Below are positions 24,782 through 37,038 of a stretch of 64,000 bases of DNA, one piece after another (position 1 is the stretch's first letter; every line of letters starts with the position of its first letter). Under the pieces are notes generated by a model, which saw only the letters and a list, made by a program, of their open reading frames with translations, had not been told where the DNA came from and did no database searches. Origin of the DNA: Cirrosporium novae-zelandiae (taxonomy: Eukaryota); assembly GCA_026023565.1 (NCBI GenBank), contig JAPETS010000004.1, positions 62,001-126,000 of the forward strand. The letters are read 5' to 3'. Both the position numbers and the translations under genes were made by a program.

Positions 24782-27313
24782 TCATTTCCTCGATCGACGG
24801 TGATGATAATGACGAGATACGCCATCATCACTCTCATCTTCCTCCTCCTCCACTAGTGCCGGTGTCCGTCGTTCATTCCTTCGTTTCGGTCGTCTATGAC
24901 GATTACTGCTAATGTTGCTTGCAGAATCATCAGGTGCTAGAGAAATCGTATCCCCAAGTCCATCATCGGTCTCCCCATCCCATCCGTCTGCTCCAAACTC
25001 CGAAGGAGTCCCAAGTCTAACGGAGACATTCGAATAACCTCTGCGGACCTGGATTGCCATGGCAAGGCCCGCTGAACGCTCACGGAGAGACCGCCGAACA
25101 GCTTCGGCTTTACAATGTAAAGCCTCGAAAGCATCTTCAAGAGCCTCCATACCGAGATATATTTCCCTTTCCACTTCGGCCAAGATAGCAACCTCGGCCT
25201 CCTCGTCTAAAGCTATTGGTGCACCGAAAGCAGCTGGTGTCCCAGCCCTCGTAGTGCTGCTCCTCATCGATGATGCTGTTCCCGGTCGGAATGGAATATT
25301 GGTCGATACTCTTGATGAGGCAATGCTTGAACCTGGAGGCGAGTTGTCATACATGTCCTCAGCACCACTGCGTAAAAAGCCATCGAATCGTCCAGAAATT
25401 AGAATCTCCCATTCATCGTTACTGATTGCTGCTAATGTTGCTAAAATATTATGTATAGCGGGATTGTTTAATAAATATACAGCGGTCTCTGGGTCTCTAG
25501 GAGATACTCCTAAACGATACAATCGCTGGATAGCGAGTCCTGCCTGGATCAGAGACTCTGGTCTTTCTTTCGGTTTTGCCGATGATCTCCCAAAACCAGC
25601 CGATGGGACCCCTAGAAGACCTGTGAAGATCTGACGTTTCTCCGGGGGAATATGAGTAAGAATCGCAAAAGTAAGCGTATCATCGTCAACATCTGTTGGT
25701 GCATTTGTCGGAGCGGTACCCTGATCCAATAGCCACCGATCGACCGATTTCTTGGTCTTCTGTGACTGTCTTATGTAATGATCACGGAATTCTTCTGGTA
25801 CATCAATGTCGAGCTTTTGCATTGGTTGGTCCAACGACGTTATACCCAATCCTACCGGGTCTGTATCCATTTCAAATGCGGGCCAAGGAGGTAGATCGCG
25901 TCGACCAGACACAAGTTCGAGGACTTCTCCCCAACTGACTCCTCTTTCTTCTGGGATGTCTCCGGCGAGAGATTGACATATTATGCACTGGCAGTGCTCG
26001 GAAGATATATCGCGAGCAAAAACAGCCTCCAAACGATCTAATAATCTCCTAGCAACCGATCGATATCCCGTAGCAACGGCTATGGACCCATTCTTTGCTA
26101 CAACGGTCGAGTAATCATCCAACAGATCGGCGAACGGTGCGAAAACATTAGAAAGGGCTGAAGCGGGATTTTGGCTTAACTGCGTCTCTGTTCCTATTTG
26201 ACTTTCGGCATAATCATTTGAAGGCGCAAGTGTACAAATGCTTTTAGGGATACTGGATCTAAGGCCTCCATTCATTAATAAATAATCAACTCTCGGGATA
26301 TTCGCCGGAACTTGTGGTGGAGGTGGTGGGGGTGGTGGTCGTGGAGAGAAAGTTGAAGAAGCCGTGGCCTGTCGATCATCTGGTGTCTGCGTTCGTCCAG
26401 GGCCTATAAAGGTTTCTCTGGATCTGTTGTCGGGTGTTGAAGATCGAATGTCATATCGAGGCATAGGCATAGGGGTTTTTATCGGTTCTTGGTAGGTTTG
26501 CGGTTGATCAGGAGCTATGGAAGTTGCATCGGAATCTGGTACAGACTCCGCTTGGGTATTTTCAGAGGGTACTGGAGAAGGGGAGCGGGTTTTGGAAGAT
26601 TTCGGTTTTGTTTTCCGTTTTGAGGATTCCTTCTCCTTAGATCTTGACTTTGATGATGTACTCGACTTCTTAGAAACTTTGGAAGACAATATAGTAGACC
26701 TATCATCATCCTTTCTCTTTCGATGATGGCCCCCACTTGATGCTGAAGATTTAGTCCTTCGGACCCGCGATGCATGATCACCCTTGCTTCTATGTTTCTT
26801 CTCTTTCTCCTCACCAGTACTCTTACTATGACTCGAATCACTTTTGACATATGTAGATTGATCCATAGAAGTCAATGGGGGACTTGGTGGAGCATGTCCA
26901 TCAGCCTTGAATTTTTCCCCATTCACGGGACCTTTCCCATCCTTTTCAAGATCTGTAGGGTCGGGAGTATAGAGATTTACTCTAGGGGGTTGTATGGTTT
27001 CTCTGCTCCCAACCGCCTCCTTACTATGAGCTTTAGAAAAAGTTGGGTACGGTAAACTTGATCTTGAACTCGTCTTGGATGCAGCAAGAGAAGACGCAGA
27101 TGATGAGCGGTGTTTGAGATCACTAATAGGCACTGAAGACCGCCGCACATGCTCCGAAGCAACCGTGTTGGAACGTTCGGGCATCTTGGAATGCTTTTCG
27201 TGATCAAGCTTCGAGTTGCTTCGCAATGATCTCGATGACCTGCGGCGATGATGATGTTTGTGTTTTGGAGTATCACGACTAGGCCGATCAGTCTCTTTGG
27301 TCGTTGAGGGCAT
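24782..27313 (-). CDS. Conserved fungal hypothetical protein (843 aa)
   Basis: Single long ORF: disordered K/S/R-rich N-terminus, folded C-terminal half (RVDYLLMNGGL, ATGYRSVARRLLDRLE, CxCxxC, coiled coil). Confidence 0.8.
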   Translation of the reverse strand: MPSTTKETDRPSRDTPKHKHHHRRRSSRSLRSNSKLDHEKHSKMPERSNTVASEHVRRSSVPISDLKHRSSSASSLAASKTSSRSSLPYPTFSKAHSKEAVGSRETIQPPRVNLYTPDPTDLEKDGKGPVNGEKFKADGHAPPSPPLTSMDQSTYVKSDSSHSKSTGEEKEKKHRSKGDHASRVRRTKSSASSGGHHRKRKDDDRSTILSSKVSKKSSTSSKSRSKEKESSKRKTKPKSSKTRSPSPVPSENTQAESVPDSDATSIAPDQPQTYQEPIKTPMPMPRYDIRSSTPDNRSRETFIGPGRTQTPDDRQATASSTFSPRPPPPPPPPQVPANIPRVDYLLMNGGLRSSIPKSICTLAPSNDYAESQIGTETQLSQNPASALSNVFAPFADLLDDYSTVVAKNGSIAVATGYRSVARRLLDRLEAVFARDISSEHCQCIICQSLAGDIPEERGVSWGEVLELVSGRRDLPPWPAFEMDTDPVGLGITSLDQPMQKLDIDVPEEFRDHYIRQSQKTKKSVDRWLLDQGTAPTNAPTDVDDDTLTFAILTHIPPEKRQIFTGLLGVPSAGFGRSSAKPKERPESLIQAGLAIQRLYRLGVSPRDPETAVYLLNNPAIHNILATLAAISNDEWEILISGRFDGFLRSGAEDMYDNSPPGSSIASSRVSTNIPFRPGTASSMRSSTTRAGTPAAFGAPIALDEEAEVAILAEVEREIYLGMEALEDAFEALHCKAEAVRRSLRERSAGLAMAIQVRRGYSNVSVRLGTPSEFGADGWDGETDDGLGDTISLAPDDSASNISSNRHRRPKRRNERRTPALVEEEEDESDDGVSRHYHHRRSRK

Positions 27314-28247
27314 CCCGCAAACTGGGGACTACGTTGGGCATCCGAGTGTGGAGCTTAGTGGGGGTTTGTCGAAAATAGACGCCTAGTTGTACAAACGCAG
27401 GTGTGGAAAGTAGAAAGCGGCGGTGCGGTCAGTACTCGGTGGATGACAGCGCTAAAAAAGGAGGCTCAGTAAAATCTGGGGTCCAAGGCACTGTTCTCGA
27501 GGGATTCAGGGAAGAGAATGTATGGTTAGTAAGTTTTAGAAAGTCAAAAAAAAAAGATTGAATGCGCCGTCACTCTTCTTTCGATGGACGGTGAGCCACT
27601 GTCTGGTTCAATGGGATGGATTCAATGGCGTGCATAGTGAAGTCGCGGTCTATGAGGGACGAAGATAAAGGGACCAAGACGAGGGCACAGTGCAGTACAG
27701 TAGTACAGAGGGGTTTCAACGATATCTTCAGAGGCCGTGATGTTATCGGAAGAGTTGGACAATTTGAATAAATGAAGTGTAGCCAATGACCATCACACAC
27801 ATTCCATTTTGCAGCCACCGATTGCGAGGATATTGACGGCGAGTCGGGAGACTGACGTTGTTGCGGCCCAAAATACTTTAACCAATACAAATTAGCGAAT
27901 CTTAAATTTCTGTACACGGCAGCAGACAATCTACTGTAGACTATGGCCTGAGGCATTAAACCCTGAACCCACCCCCCCCCAACTTCTTTTTTCTTCACCC
28001 CAGAATGGCCAATTACTTTCTACCAATGCACCCGAATCTACTTTTGATTCATTTTGTACAAAACATACTGTATGTTAATCAATAAACTCCAATCATCCAT
28101 CCTGAGTGTAACTTTGTGCCAGCCAAAGTACTCGAGTACAGCAACCGTCACGGGTCGAGGGATCCAGATGCGCTCATCCACATGCCCCATTTTATGTCGA
28201 ATGATTTCCCCTACATCCAATCAAATCCGTATACACATAAAAAACAT

Positions 28248-30173
28248 TCAAGGAATTATAGCACTACCCCCCATATTGTCCATCATGGAATCTGCATCGA
28301 AAAACTGTGCCCATACCGCATTATTATCCGTCGAAAACTCAAACATCGAGAGATCCTGCTCGAACATTGGATTCGGTTCTGTGGGGTTTAGAAATCTTGT
28401 CGGTGAGGGCGAGGGAGAACGCGCAAGCTCCCGCATAGTCTGATTTGTTGCACCATGGAGGGTGTTGATTTGTTCTTGCTTCCGCTCCTCCATACTCTCC
28501 ACGAGTATGAGAGCTGTTCGAAGCGCTTCTCTTGTCAGGTGTGAGTTGAAGATATTCACTACCTTCTCAAGAGTCGATAAAGCTTCCGGTAGAAGGGCCA
28601 AGCTATCCGGGGAATCAATCGATAACAGGACGCATATGCTTTGGAAGTTAGTAGAAATGACATTCCACCATGGTTGTTGATGTTCAGCCAAAGATAACCC
28701 TTCCGTCAGTGCAGCACGGATTATTTCGAGCATCAGTGTTTCATCGTCTGGGAGGAGTTTCAATATTCGTATGCGATGCCTTCGGAAGCAATGGATAGCA
28801 ACATCTGCCTTGAGCATCGAGAAGGCAGAGCGATTATCTGGCAGGGATTTGATGCGTATAAGGGCATTGTTGATCGAAATTACTTCGGTGGTATTGGGAG
28901 ACTTTGGCTCTGTCTCGTATATAATCCTAGCAAGCTCAACGAGATGTATCGTATCATCTCCTGGTCGGATGTCTATCATTCGAACATCCCAGCTGTCGAT
29001 ATGAACTGGAGAACGACCCGATTCAGCTGAGACGATCAAGTTTACGGACCATGCTACCCAAAACATGCGTCTTCTCTTATCAAGGTCTGCAGCGTTTGGT
29101 TGAGGAAATCCTCTAACCGTCAAATCCAGGGTTTCAATCTCACGATGAAGACCCAATGCCTCAATCACATGCATTGTTAGACAACTCGACAACCATGCAA
29201 TGTGCGGGCGAGTAGTCAGTCGGAGGTAGAGAGTGCGAAGGATCCAAGCGACCGGCTGATGGTTAGATAGACTGGCTGGTGGATGAGAGATGCCAAGATC
29301 TAGAACTTGCCTAGCGAAATCAACCAGCACAGACTCGGCTTGGCAGGGTTTTGACATGGAAAAAAACGATCCCAGGGCTACTACACCAGCGATCACAGCT
29401 TCGAAGTCGATGGTTTCAGTATACTCTGTACCCTGACACTGCCAATATCTTAAAGCTCGGTCGTAAAAGTCTTCCCGGTCCATGACACCATATATAGGAT
29501 GTATCAATTCAAAATAGACACCTCCATACTCCATAACTGCTTCAAGGGAGACGTATTCTCGTATGGCTCTGTGGACTAACTTTGTTGTTTCTGGGCGCAA
29601 ACAAGCATTCCATGCGAATGAATGGAGACGGAGGGGATTCTTGGATTTTAAATCTAGTGCCAGACTGCGCGGGAACGCCACGGCACTGTGCGAGGCCATG
29701 AACCGACATTTGAAAGGCTCGAACATGTGTGGCCGACTTTTGATAATGTTTGTTGCGCCTCCAGGGAATGTTGTAGATTGGCTGACAGGTAATGAACCAG
29801 AGCTGCTTGGGTAAGGAGTGCCGAGGGGAAGACGTTCACCCCGAAAAGGATATTCGCTCTCGGACGGAGTTGATTTTCTGGAGACGGAGGGTTGGGTGAA
29901 GGTGGAAGAACTGTTGCGTTCGAAGTTTCGTCGAGTATAACTGCAGGTGTAGCCATAACCTTGGGGAAGTGGTCAGTTAAATAGAAACAGATGGTGGAAG
30001 ATGATCAAACCAATGCAGATGTCGCAAGGTTCTTTTCCATCACACTTCTTTTTCCGCTTCCGACATGGCTCACAGGCCTTTCGCGTTCTAATACGGTACT
30101 TCCTAACGGATCGACTTTCATCTTTCGTAGGGGGCGCCGGAACATCCGTACTTGGTAGTTTTGCGAACTCCAT
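28248..30173 (-). CDS. Zn(II)2Cys6 transcription factor with fungal-specific TF domain (RDR1-like)
   Basis: ACEPCRKRKKKCDGKEPCDICIG|YGYTC, with an intron joining in frame to the 492-aa ORF (ALGLH, RRRMFW..SAESGR). Confidence 0.9.
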
Positions 30174-32362
30174 GGTCGCGGAATTTTGGGTGGTGGATAC
30201 GATTGGATTCTGAATCAACTCTGGGGCTATAAAGGCTCCAGCGGAGATGGCACCGGAGGCCTCGATGTCAAGTTATAAAGTCTGTACAGCCTCATACTCT
30301 GGCCGAAGAGATTGACGCGTGTATAAGTTTTCAGGCTATCTGCTGACGGCGTGACGGGAAGGGGAGAAAGCTGAAGACACACATAATTTGCTTCTTGGAT
30401 TCTCCACTCATTCATGGGTAACTAATCAGTGTTGCCTTAGCCGTTTAATCCCTGTTTGGTCATGTCATTGGGCTGACTTGGCGTTGTATCCGGCAAAGCT
30501 TGGCGAGGCTTATCTTTCCTTGGCTTGGTCCATGCCTAACCATCCACCATTGTACTATTTATATAAACTTATATGTCCCAATTTCCCCAACCGGCCGTGC
30601 TGGCCAATATTATACTTTCCCCCTGAATGTGATCCCCTTTTTAATATCCTTGTCCATCTGAATTTCTCGGGAGGTGGAGGGAGTTTTCGGCCCTATCAAT
30701 GGTGGGGTTTTTATAGTATCACCAGGGTGGTTCATGGTTCCCATTTCCTACATCTCGTTTTCACTACGACAGCCTCCTATTCAGGGGTAAAATGTAGTCA
30801 GTTATGCATCTAGATGTTATTTATATATAGCACCTTTAGACTCTAGATTTATTTCTTGATCACAACTTCTCTGGATCTGAATCTTATTCCTTTGTTTAAT
30901 ACTTCCCGAAGTATGTCGAATCTGATTCATCATAATATATGCAGTTCGCAGCCGCAAGTACTTTTTGACGCCTTGATAAGCAGTTTAACCACTCAATTCC
31001 GCTCTTTATTGGTAGAGCTTTATCAATCCCCTTGACATTACAGAAAGTATTATGCCGAATTGTGGTGTCGTTGCTAGTCACGATCAGTTTGTATTATCCA
31101 ATGCATTGGCCCACACGCCTTCTACTCATGGTTCAGCAATCAGCCACATGATTTTGCTCTCATGTAGGATCTTCAATGATATGATAATGGAGAGCCACGC
31201 GAGGCACTTGACTGAAACAATTACCGAACTCAGTAACATGAAGGAGGAGAACACCATGCCAGCAATAAACCCAAGAAGGGACCTTAGGGTTCTTAACTAA
31301 TCCAGTCATGATAAGCAAGATCAATAGATTATTTGCTTGTAATGTTAGCAACTACATCAAACGCTCCCCGATGACCATGGCTGATGCGTTGACCATGACG
31401 GGACCAATACTACCGAGGAAGAAATAGTGTAGTCCTCCAATACTGACGGTAGCCTGTTCTTCTGAAAAGCGCTAACTGAAGCCCATGTGCCATCGATCTG
31501 TGTTAAACGATATCTTGCGAGCTTTTTGAACCCTATTTCCATTCTATGAGTAGACTGAGGGGGTTGGAGGAGTGGCGTAACTTTTCGCCTCTTCCGCTTC
31601 TCGATTCTCGTAAATGTTGGAGGTGACAACAATAGAGAAGGCGTAAGGATATCGGCCGACCCTTCTCAATCAATCGATTGTAGGCTTCTCATGTACGCTC
31701 TGGAGTGTGTCGCCTTGCATCCTCGCTATCCACACCAGGCCTTTTGTATATTAAAAGTTGCCTTCGTTGTTGAGGAACATAACGACATGATGATGATTGT
31801 GGTGACAGGTCGTGGATGTCGGCTGAGCAAGTCGATCCGTCTCAGCCAACCAATAGTCGCTTCAACGGTGATGAAACCTAACCCTGCAGCCAGCTTACTA
31901 CTATTCAATACGTTACGATGATATTATCATTATTATCTATCCCATGAAATCGGTACTCAATAACACTCAATCGATATCAACCATCATCACCGGAAAACCC
32001 CGCACTTAAGGACAACAAAGTCGGCCGAGATTTGTTCATCAGGATTGAGACTTCTTACATCCCCAGCGAGACAACTAGCAAAAACAGCATTTTATCGCCA
32101 GTATCATAAATCAGTGTCTGTGGGATTGTCTAGATTAAAAAATTCCTCCCCATCCCCTCACTGCGGGGTCATAATCTGCTGCCCGAGATAGCGATATATT
32201 TCCTTTCAACCAAAGCAGTTCCTGTTTATTTGCTTTATTTCCTCTTTTTTCCCTTTCAAGCATCTATACCCCCGTTATTAAACAGAACAATTCTTTAGGA
32301 TCTTTTTTCTCGGGTCTAGCCACACTTTTCTAATCAGCTCAATCCCAACACCCATCTTAGCC

Positions 32363-33403
32363 ATGGCGCTCACCACCAAATATGCCACCCGCCCCATTCC
32401 CAAAATCTCCCTGCGCGATTTCGACAACCGAATCGACGAAATCACAACCGAACTCTGTGATGCCTCGGAAAAAGAAGGCTTCTTTTCTATCGTAGACCAC
32501 GGCATCTCGATCGAAGAGATCGAGCGTATGTTCACCCTCTCAGCCGCCTTCTTTAACCTCATCGACGATGTAAAAGCCACCGTGCCCTGGGGAGCCCAGA
32601 ACGTCGGGTGGGAGAAGAATGCACAGATCAGACCGAGCACGGGGTTCGCAGACAGAAAAGAATCCTACCAATTACAATTCGGAGAGAACATGAACGATCT
32701 CTGGATCTCGGACCAACATCTTCCCGGGTTCAAAAAGGGCGCATTGGAGTTTATGAACCATGTCCAGAAAGTTTCTGAAAAACTCATGGTTTGCTTCGCG
32801 AGGGGTCTGGGATTCGACGACGACTACTTCGTCAAGGCACATGATATTAGGAGACCGAATTCTCAATCGGTCGCGCGGCTGCTGCATTACTTCGCCGTGC
32901 CCGAATTCGCGGACGAGACGTACTACAGAGCGGGCCCACACGCAGACTGGGGATTCCTAACTCTACTTTTCCAAAAACAAGGCCAAAGCGGCCTCGAGAT
33001 CTGCCCCGGCCGGGAAGTAGTAACAGAGTTCGGCGCCGGAGACACCTGGACAAAAGTCGAACCTAGAACCGGCGACATCGTATGCAACATAGGCGACCTG
33101 CTGATGTCCTGGAGCGACGACCGCTTCAAATCGACCTTCCATCGAGTCAAAACACCTACGGAGCCTGGCGAGTACTTTGGCGAGCGGTACAGTATCGCTT
33201 TCTTCAACCAGCCATGCAAGGATGTGACGATACAAGGTCCCGGGAAGAAATATCCGGTCGTCACCGGAGAGGAGTTCACGAAGAATGCCATGAGGCGGAA
33301 TTTTGCGGCGCTGGAAGCGACAAAAAGGGCACGGGGTGGTGGAATGGGGCCGGCGGAGGCGACGGTAATGTCGCCGTTGCCGAAGGCTGTGGAAATTGCG
33401 TAG
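32363..33403 (+). CDS. 2-oxoglutarate/Fe(II)-dependent oxygenase (IPNS/DIOX family)
   Basis: GFFSIVDHGI, HAD..H iron triad (HADWGFLTLL, STFHRV), RYS 2OG-binding motif; intronless. Confidence 0.92.
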   Translation: MALTTKYATRPIPKISLRDFDNRIDEITTELCDASEKEGFFSIVDHGISIEEIERMFTLSAAFFNLIDDVKATVPWGAQNVGWEKNAQIRPSTGFADRKESYQLQFGENMNDLWISDQHLPGFKKGALEFMNHVQKVSEKLMVCFARGLGFDDDYFVKAHDIRRPNSQSVARLLHYFAVPEFADETYYRAGPHADWGFLTLLFQKQGQSGLEICPGREVVTEFGAGDTWTKVEPRTGDIVCNIGDLLMSWSDDRFKSTFHRVKTPTEPGEYFGERYSIAFFNQPCKDVTIQGPGKKYPVVTGEEFTKNAMRRNFAALEATKRARGGGMGPAEATVMSPLPKAVEIA

Positions 33404-33804
33404 AATGGATAAGGATTGTTAATTACCTAGGTATGTTAGAGATGCTATATAGGCAAGTTATATAATTTTATGCTTTTTGGGTTTAAACTTGTGCATATGT
33501 TAGCTTATGAAAACCTTCACGCTTAAAAGAGTAAAACTTAAATATCAGCATCCATGAAATTCGTAGCATAGTTGTGGTAATATAGAGTAGGTTAGATAGG
33601 TATCTAGGAAATCTGAAGAATTCGGCCATTTTTTGGCGATTAAGGTCTGCTTTCTTGAATTAGGTAGTCTACTCACGTAAACTGAGGCTCTCAACGATTT
33701 CATATTTTAGATAACTAGCCTCTCGTATAACACGCCTAATAACAGGGGCAATTTGAAGGGATATTGATAACAATCAATCAATCCATCAATCAACGACTTC
33801 CCAG

Positions 33805-36144
33805 TTATTTCACTAACATCTCCCCCTTTCTGATTGCCGGCTCGGCGTCTTTCATCTCTATCCCTCCTTCTCCATCACCGACCGTCGACTTCTCTTCTTC
33901 ACTCTTCTCCTCCTCGATAATAGATCCTGCAATACACATGACCTCCTTCCTATCTCTAATCATCACATTAGCCACCCATCCCTCTCCTCTCGTCCTATCA
34001 CCATCATCATCATTAATTTCCATCTCGTCGTCACTGCCCACCTTGACCTCCTTCCTATCTCTAATCGTCACATTAGCCACTACCCATCCCGCTCCTCTCG
34101 TGTTATCACCATCATCATTGATTTCTACCTCGCCGTCACTACCCACCTTGACCCCCTCCTTACTCTTTCCTACCATACCTGCCGTCCGAACCAAACACCC
34201 TATCCAAACCTCCTTGTCCCAATAATCGCCCCAGTCCTTCTTCACGTTGCCCCTACTCAAATCCTGATTGGAATAACCACACAGATCATAAAGGGTAATG
34301 TGCTTAGGGCCTCCTCTATGGATTACTGCGCCAGTGTATAGTTTCGCAAATATCGTGTTGATGACCCAGCCGTCGTAGGAAAAGATCTGTGTGAAGGGGT
34401 TGAGACCCATTTTCTCGAGGGCCTTCATGGGACGCACAATATTGGTGCTGAATGACCAGGGGAGAGTGAGCATGTAGGAATATGAGGTATCTAAGGATGG
34501 GGGTTTTGGGTCTCCGGGGGAGGTGTGATTGGGGTTTGGAGGATGGTGGAGATCTCCATGCTGCCAGCGTATTTCATTCACCTCGAGAGGATGTAGGCTC
34601 TTCTCTAGCGCTACAGCAAATACTTTCACGAGAAGTTGTTCATAGACTTGTTGCTTGTAGGACAATGAATTGTCGGGGTCAATGGAACTTGGGTAGAATG
34701 CGTAGTCACGAATGTCGCTTATAATTCTGTTATTACACAGTTGACGGTGGTACTCGTGCCGCGAACGGTCATGACAAACTACGGAACAGAAGAGCGTTAT
34801 GTCCTTCTTTGCACAGTCATCACATTTTGTAAAGCATTTGTTAAGAGCGATTAGCGGGGGGCTCCATTTATGTGATGGCGGTGAAGGCGGATCCGTTGAT
34901 GCCGGAGAAGTGTGTGATGACAGAGACGTAGAGTAGAGGTTTTCGGGTTCATTTCCTGATATCTCCGAGCTGGTGGGTTGAGATGTTTCCTGCGAGAGAG
35001 TTGAATGGTCTTTAACGGGAGTGGATGATAATGACGGAGGTGAGGACGGAGGTGAGATCGAGTCCTCTTCACCCAATGGTAGAATACATAGAGCAGAACA
35101 GTAATCGCAGTACATGAAATTTCGATTACTCAGAATTGGCGTTACAACTTGTATCTTACTTTTCTCGTTGAGTAGGAGCTCTCCGGGATAAAAGTCTCGG
35201 GCTGCGTACAGGGATAGCCGGGGAGGCTTACTTGGACCCATAGTTGTAGATTTGACCTCACAGTCATTGATAGCATCCTTGAGTTCACGCCCGATGGATT
35301 CGACAACTTCAATTTTAGCAAGGTCTAATTCGTGCTCGTTCCAGGGGTAAACCACACGACGCACCAGAGTTTTCTTTAAGAGCATTTTTTTGCGCATATC
35401 GAGTTTGGAGATGTCGTCGTATGATCCAGTCTGGTTGTCATTATGGAATACATTTTCTATTGATCCTTCATTCTCGAGAATCTGCTTGTAGTCCAATTGT
35501 ATGTTTACAGCGAGTCGCTTTAGTGACTCGACATCACACTCCGGGGCAAACAACCAAAGGGAATCTTCAATCAAGCCAATCGCATCAGAAATAGCACCAC
35601 CGCCGCACTTCCAAAGAGAATAGGCCAAACGATAGAGAGCTCTGACTTGGAAACAGGCTAAAACCGGTTCCATGTTATTCTTGTTGCATTTCGAGGGATT
35701 AATTCCCAGCATGATTGGCCCTGGGCCAACTCCATCATATTCGAACTTCTCTGCCCAGCATGCATTGTCAATTCGCGCGGTGGTTTCTAATTTAATGTAG
35801 TTCGTAATATCTCGGTGGAAGCGTTGGGTATAATACGCTTTAGCGTCTATCAAATGTTCTATAATGACACATGCTCTGTACGCATCAGAAGCGGCAAGCT
35901 CGGGGTAACCTAAGTGAACGAACGCAAGAGCTCGGTTTAGAAGAGCTGCTAGATGACCTGGGGATTTTGTTCGCAAGACGTGAGTGTAAGTCTGAAAAGC
36001 TTTATAAATGTTGCCTACACAAAGAGCTTGGTTGGCTGTATCGAGAAGATCCTCGGTTATAAGTCGTCCGTGTACAGGCTGAGCTGACGCTTCAGCATAA
36101 TTGGAAGATTCGGGCGGCTCGGACGGCTCGGACGACTTAGGCAT
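33805..36144 (-). CDS. TPR + MYND/SET-like (SMYD-type) protein, catalytic motifs degenerate
   Basis: LLNRALAFVHLGYPELAASDAYRA (TPR-like), LYAARDFYPGELLLNE (SET-N), CDYC..CDDC..FCSVVC..YHRQLC (MYND). Confidence 0.7.
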   Translation of the reverse strand: MPKSSEPSEPPESSNYAEASAQPVHGRLITEDLLDTANQALCVGNIYKAFQTYTHVLRTKSPGHLAALLNRALAFVHLGYPELAASDAYRACVIIEHLIDAKAYYTQRFHRDITNYIKLETTARIDNACWAEKFEYDGVGPGPIMLGINPSKCNKNNMEPVLACFQVRALYRLAYSLWKCGGGAISDAIGLIEDSLWLFAPECDVESLKRLAVNIQLDYKQILENEGSIENVFHNDNQTGSYDDISKLDMRKKMLLKKTLVRRVVYPWNEHELDLAKIEVVESIGRELKDAINDCEVKSTTMGPSKPPRLSLYAARDFYPGELLLNEKSKIQVVTPILSNRNFMYCDYCSALCILPLGEEDSISPPSSPPSLSSTPVKDHSTLSQETSQPTSSEISGNEPENLYSTSLSSHTSPASTDPPSPPSHKWSPPLIALNKCFTKCDDCAKKDITLFCSVVCHDRSRHEYHRQLCNNRIISDIRDYAFYPSSIDPDNSLSYKQQVYEQLLVKVFAVALEKSLHPLEVNEIRWQHGDLHHPPNPNHTSPGDPKPPSLDTSYSYMLTLPWSFSTNIVRPMKALEKMGLNPFTQIFSYDGWVINTIFAKLYTGAVIHRGGPKHITLYDLCGYSNQDLSRGNVKKDWGDYWDKEVWIGCLVRTAGMVGKSKEGVKVGSDGEVEINDDGDNTRGAGWVVANVTIRDRKEVKVGSDDEMEINDDDGDRTRGEGWVANVMIRDRKEVMCIAGSIIEEEKSEEEKSTVGDGEGGIEMKDAEPAIRKGEMLVK
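33940..34149. repeat. 105-bp tandem duplication inside CDS
   Basis: Two diverged copies beginning gacctccttcctatctctaatc at 33940 and 34045. Confidence 0.9.
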
Positions 36145-36973
36145 GGTGTTAAGAGTGCAAGTGGTAAAGGTATAATGAAGTATTAAAGAGAGCGATTGAA
36201 CGATAGTGGTTTACTTTGTCCTGTGAAGTAACAGCGAAAAAGACGCTTGATACTATATCCACGATACCATCCCAGAAAGAATGTAGAGATGTGAACTTGG
36301 TTTAACATGGGGAGCAAGACTTCGAATACATCGGTTGAATGTTTTTTCTTCAAAGGTGGTGTTTTTGTTGACAATAAACATTAGGTATTAACGAGAGCAC
36401 TTCACCTCACTGATTTTGTTAGCAAGGCAGCTTAGTACCTATTTATGTGATGGCATTCTCACTTGAGGATACCCTCGATATCTGAAGCAATACTATCGAT
36501 TTTCTCTTGTTAATGTATCCCCCTCAAGATGCGGAGGAGCTAGCTTTCAATACCAACACAAATAAAAGTAACGAGACCTTCTAATAAGGAAGAAGGTATG
36601 AATGATTTGTGACTAGTAGGGAACTGGGAACAAATTTATGTAAATTTTCCAACTGGTGTTACTGCATACCTTAAGGTGAAGCATCCATCCACGGCAAAGG
36701 AAAGGCCTGTCCACATCAATAATGACACTCTGAAACGATGAAGAATCATTGTTAATTATACATTCGAATGTATCAGACACTATTCTTCCGACGGCTACCG
36801 AGGACTTTTTTACTTTAATGCAGATGAATGATCGAAGAGAGAAAGAGGGCGAAGAAAAGTTGGCCTGACCGATGGGAAGGAATGCTTACATAATTACCGA
36901 TCTACTGTAGGTACCCAGGGAGGTAGGTACTGTACATATACCTAGGTAGGTAATTAGGTAGGTACTTAGGGTC

Positions 36974-37038
36974 GAGAAATGGGAGAAATGGGAGAAATGG
37001 GAGAAATGGGAGAAATAGTAGGAAATGACAGGAAATGA
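36974..37038. repeat. Short tandem repeat of GAGAAATGG-type units (~5 copies plus a degenerate tail)
   Basis: gagaaatgggagaaatgggagaaatgggagaaatgggagaaat.. read directly from the sequence. Confidence 0.9.

Noticed and set aside
25059..25634. Long antisense ORFs (also 48136-48624, 63529-63987 and others)
   Set aside because: Shadows of well-supported genes on the opposite strand.
31000..31920. Hydrophobic short frames suggesting a decayed permease
   Set aside because: No family motif recognised; the hydrophobicity may be an antisense shadow.
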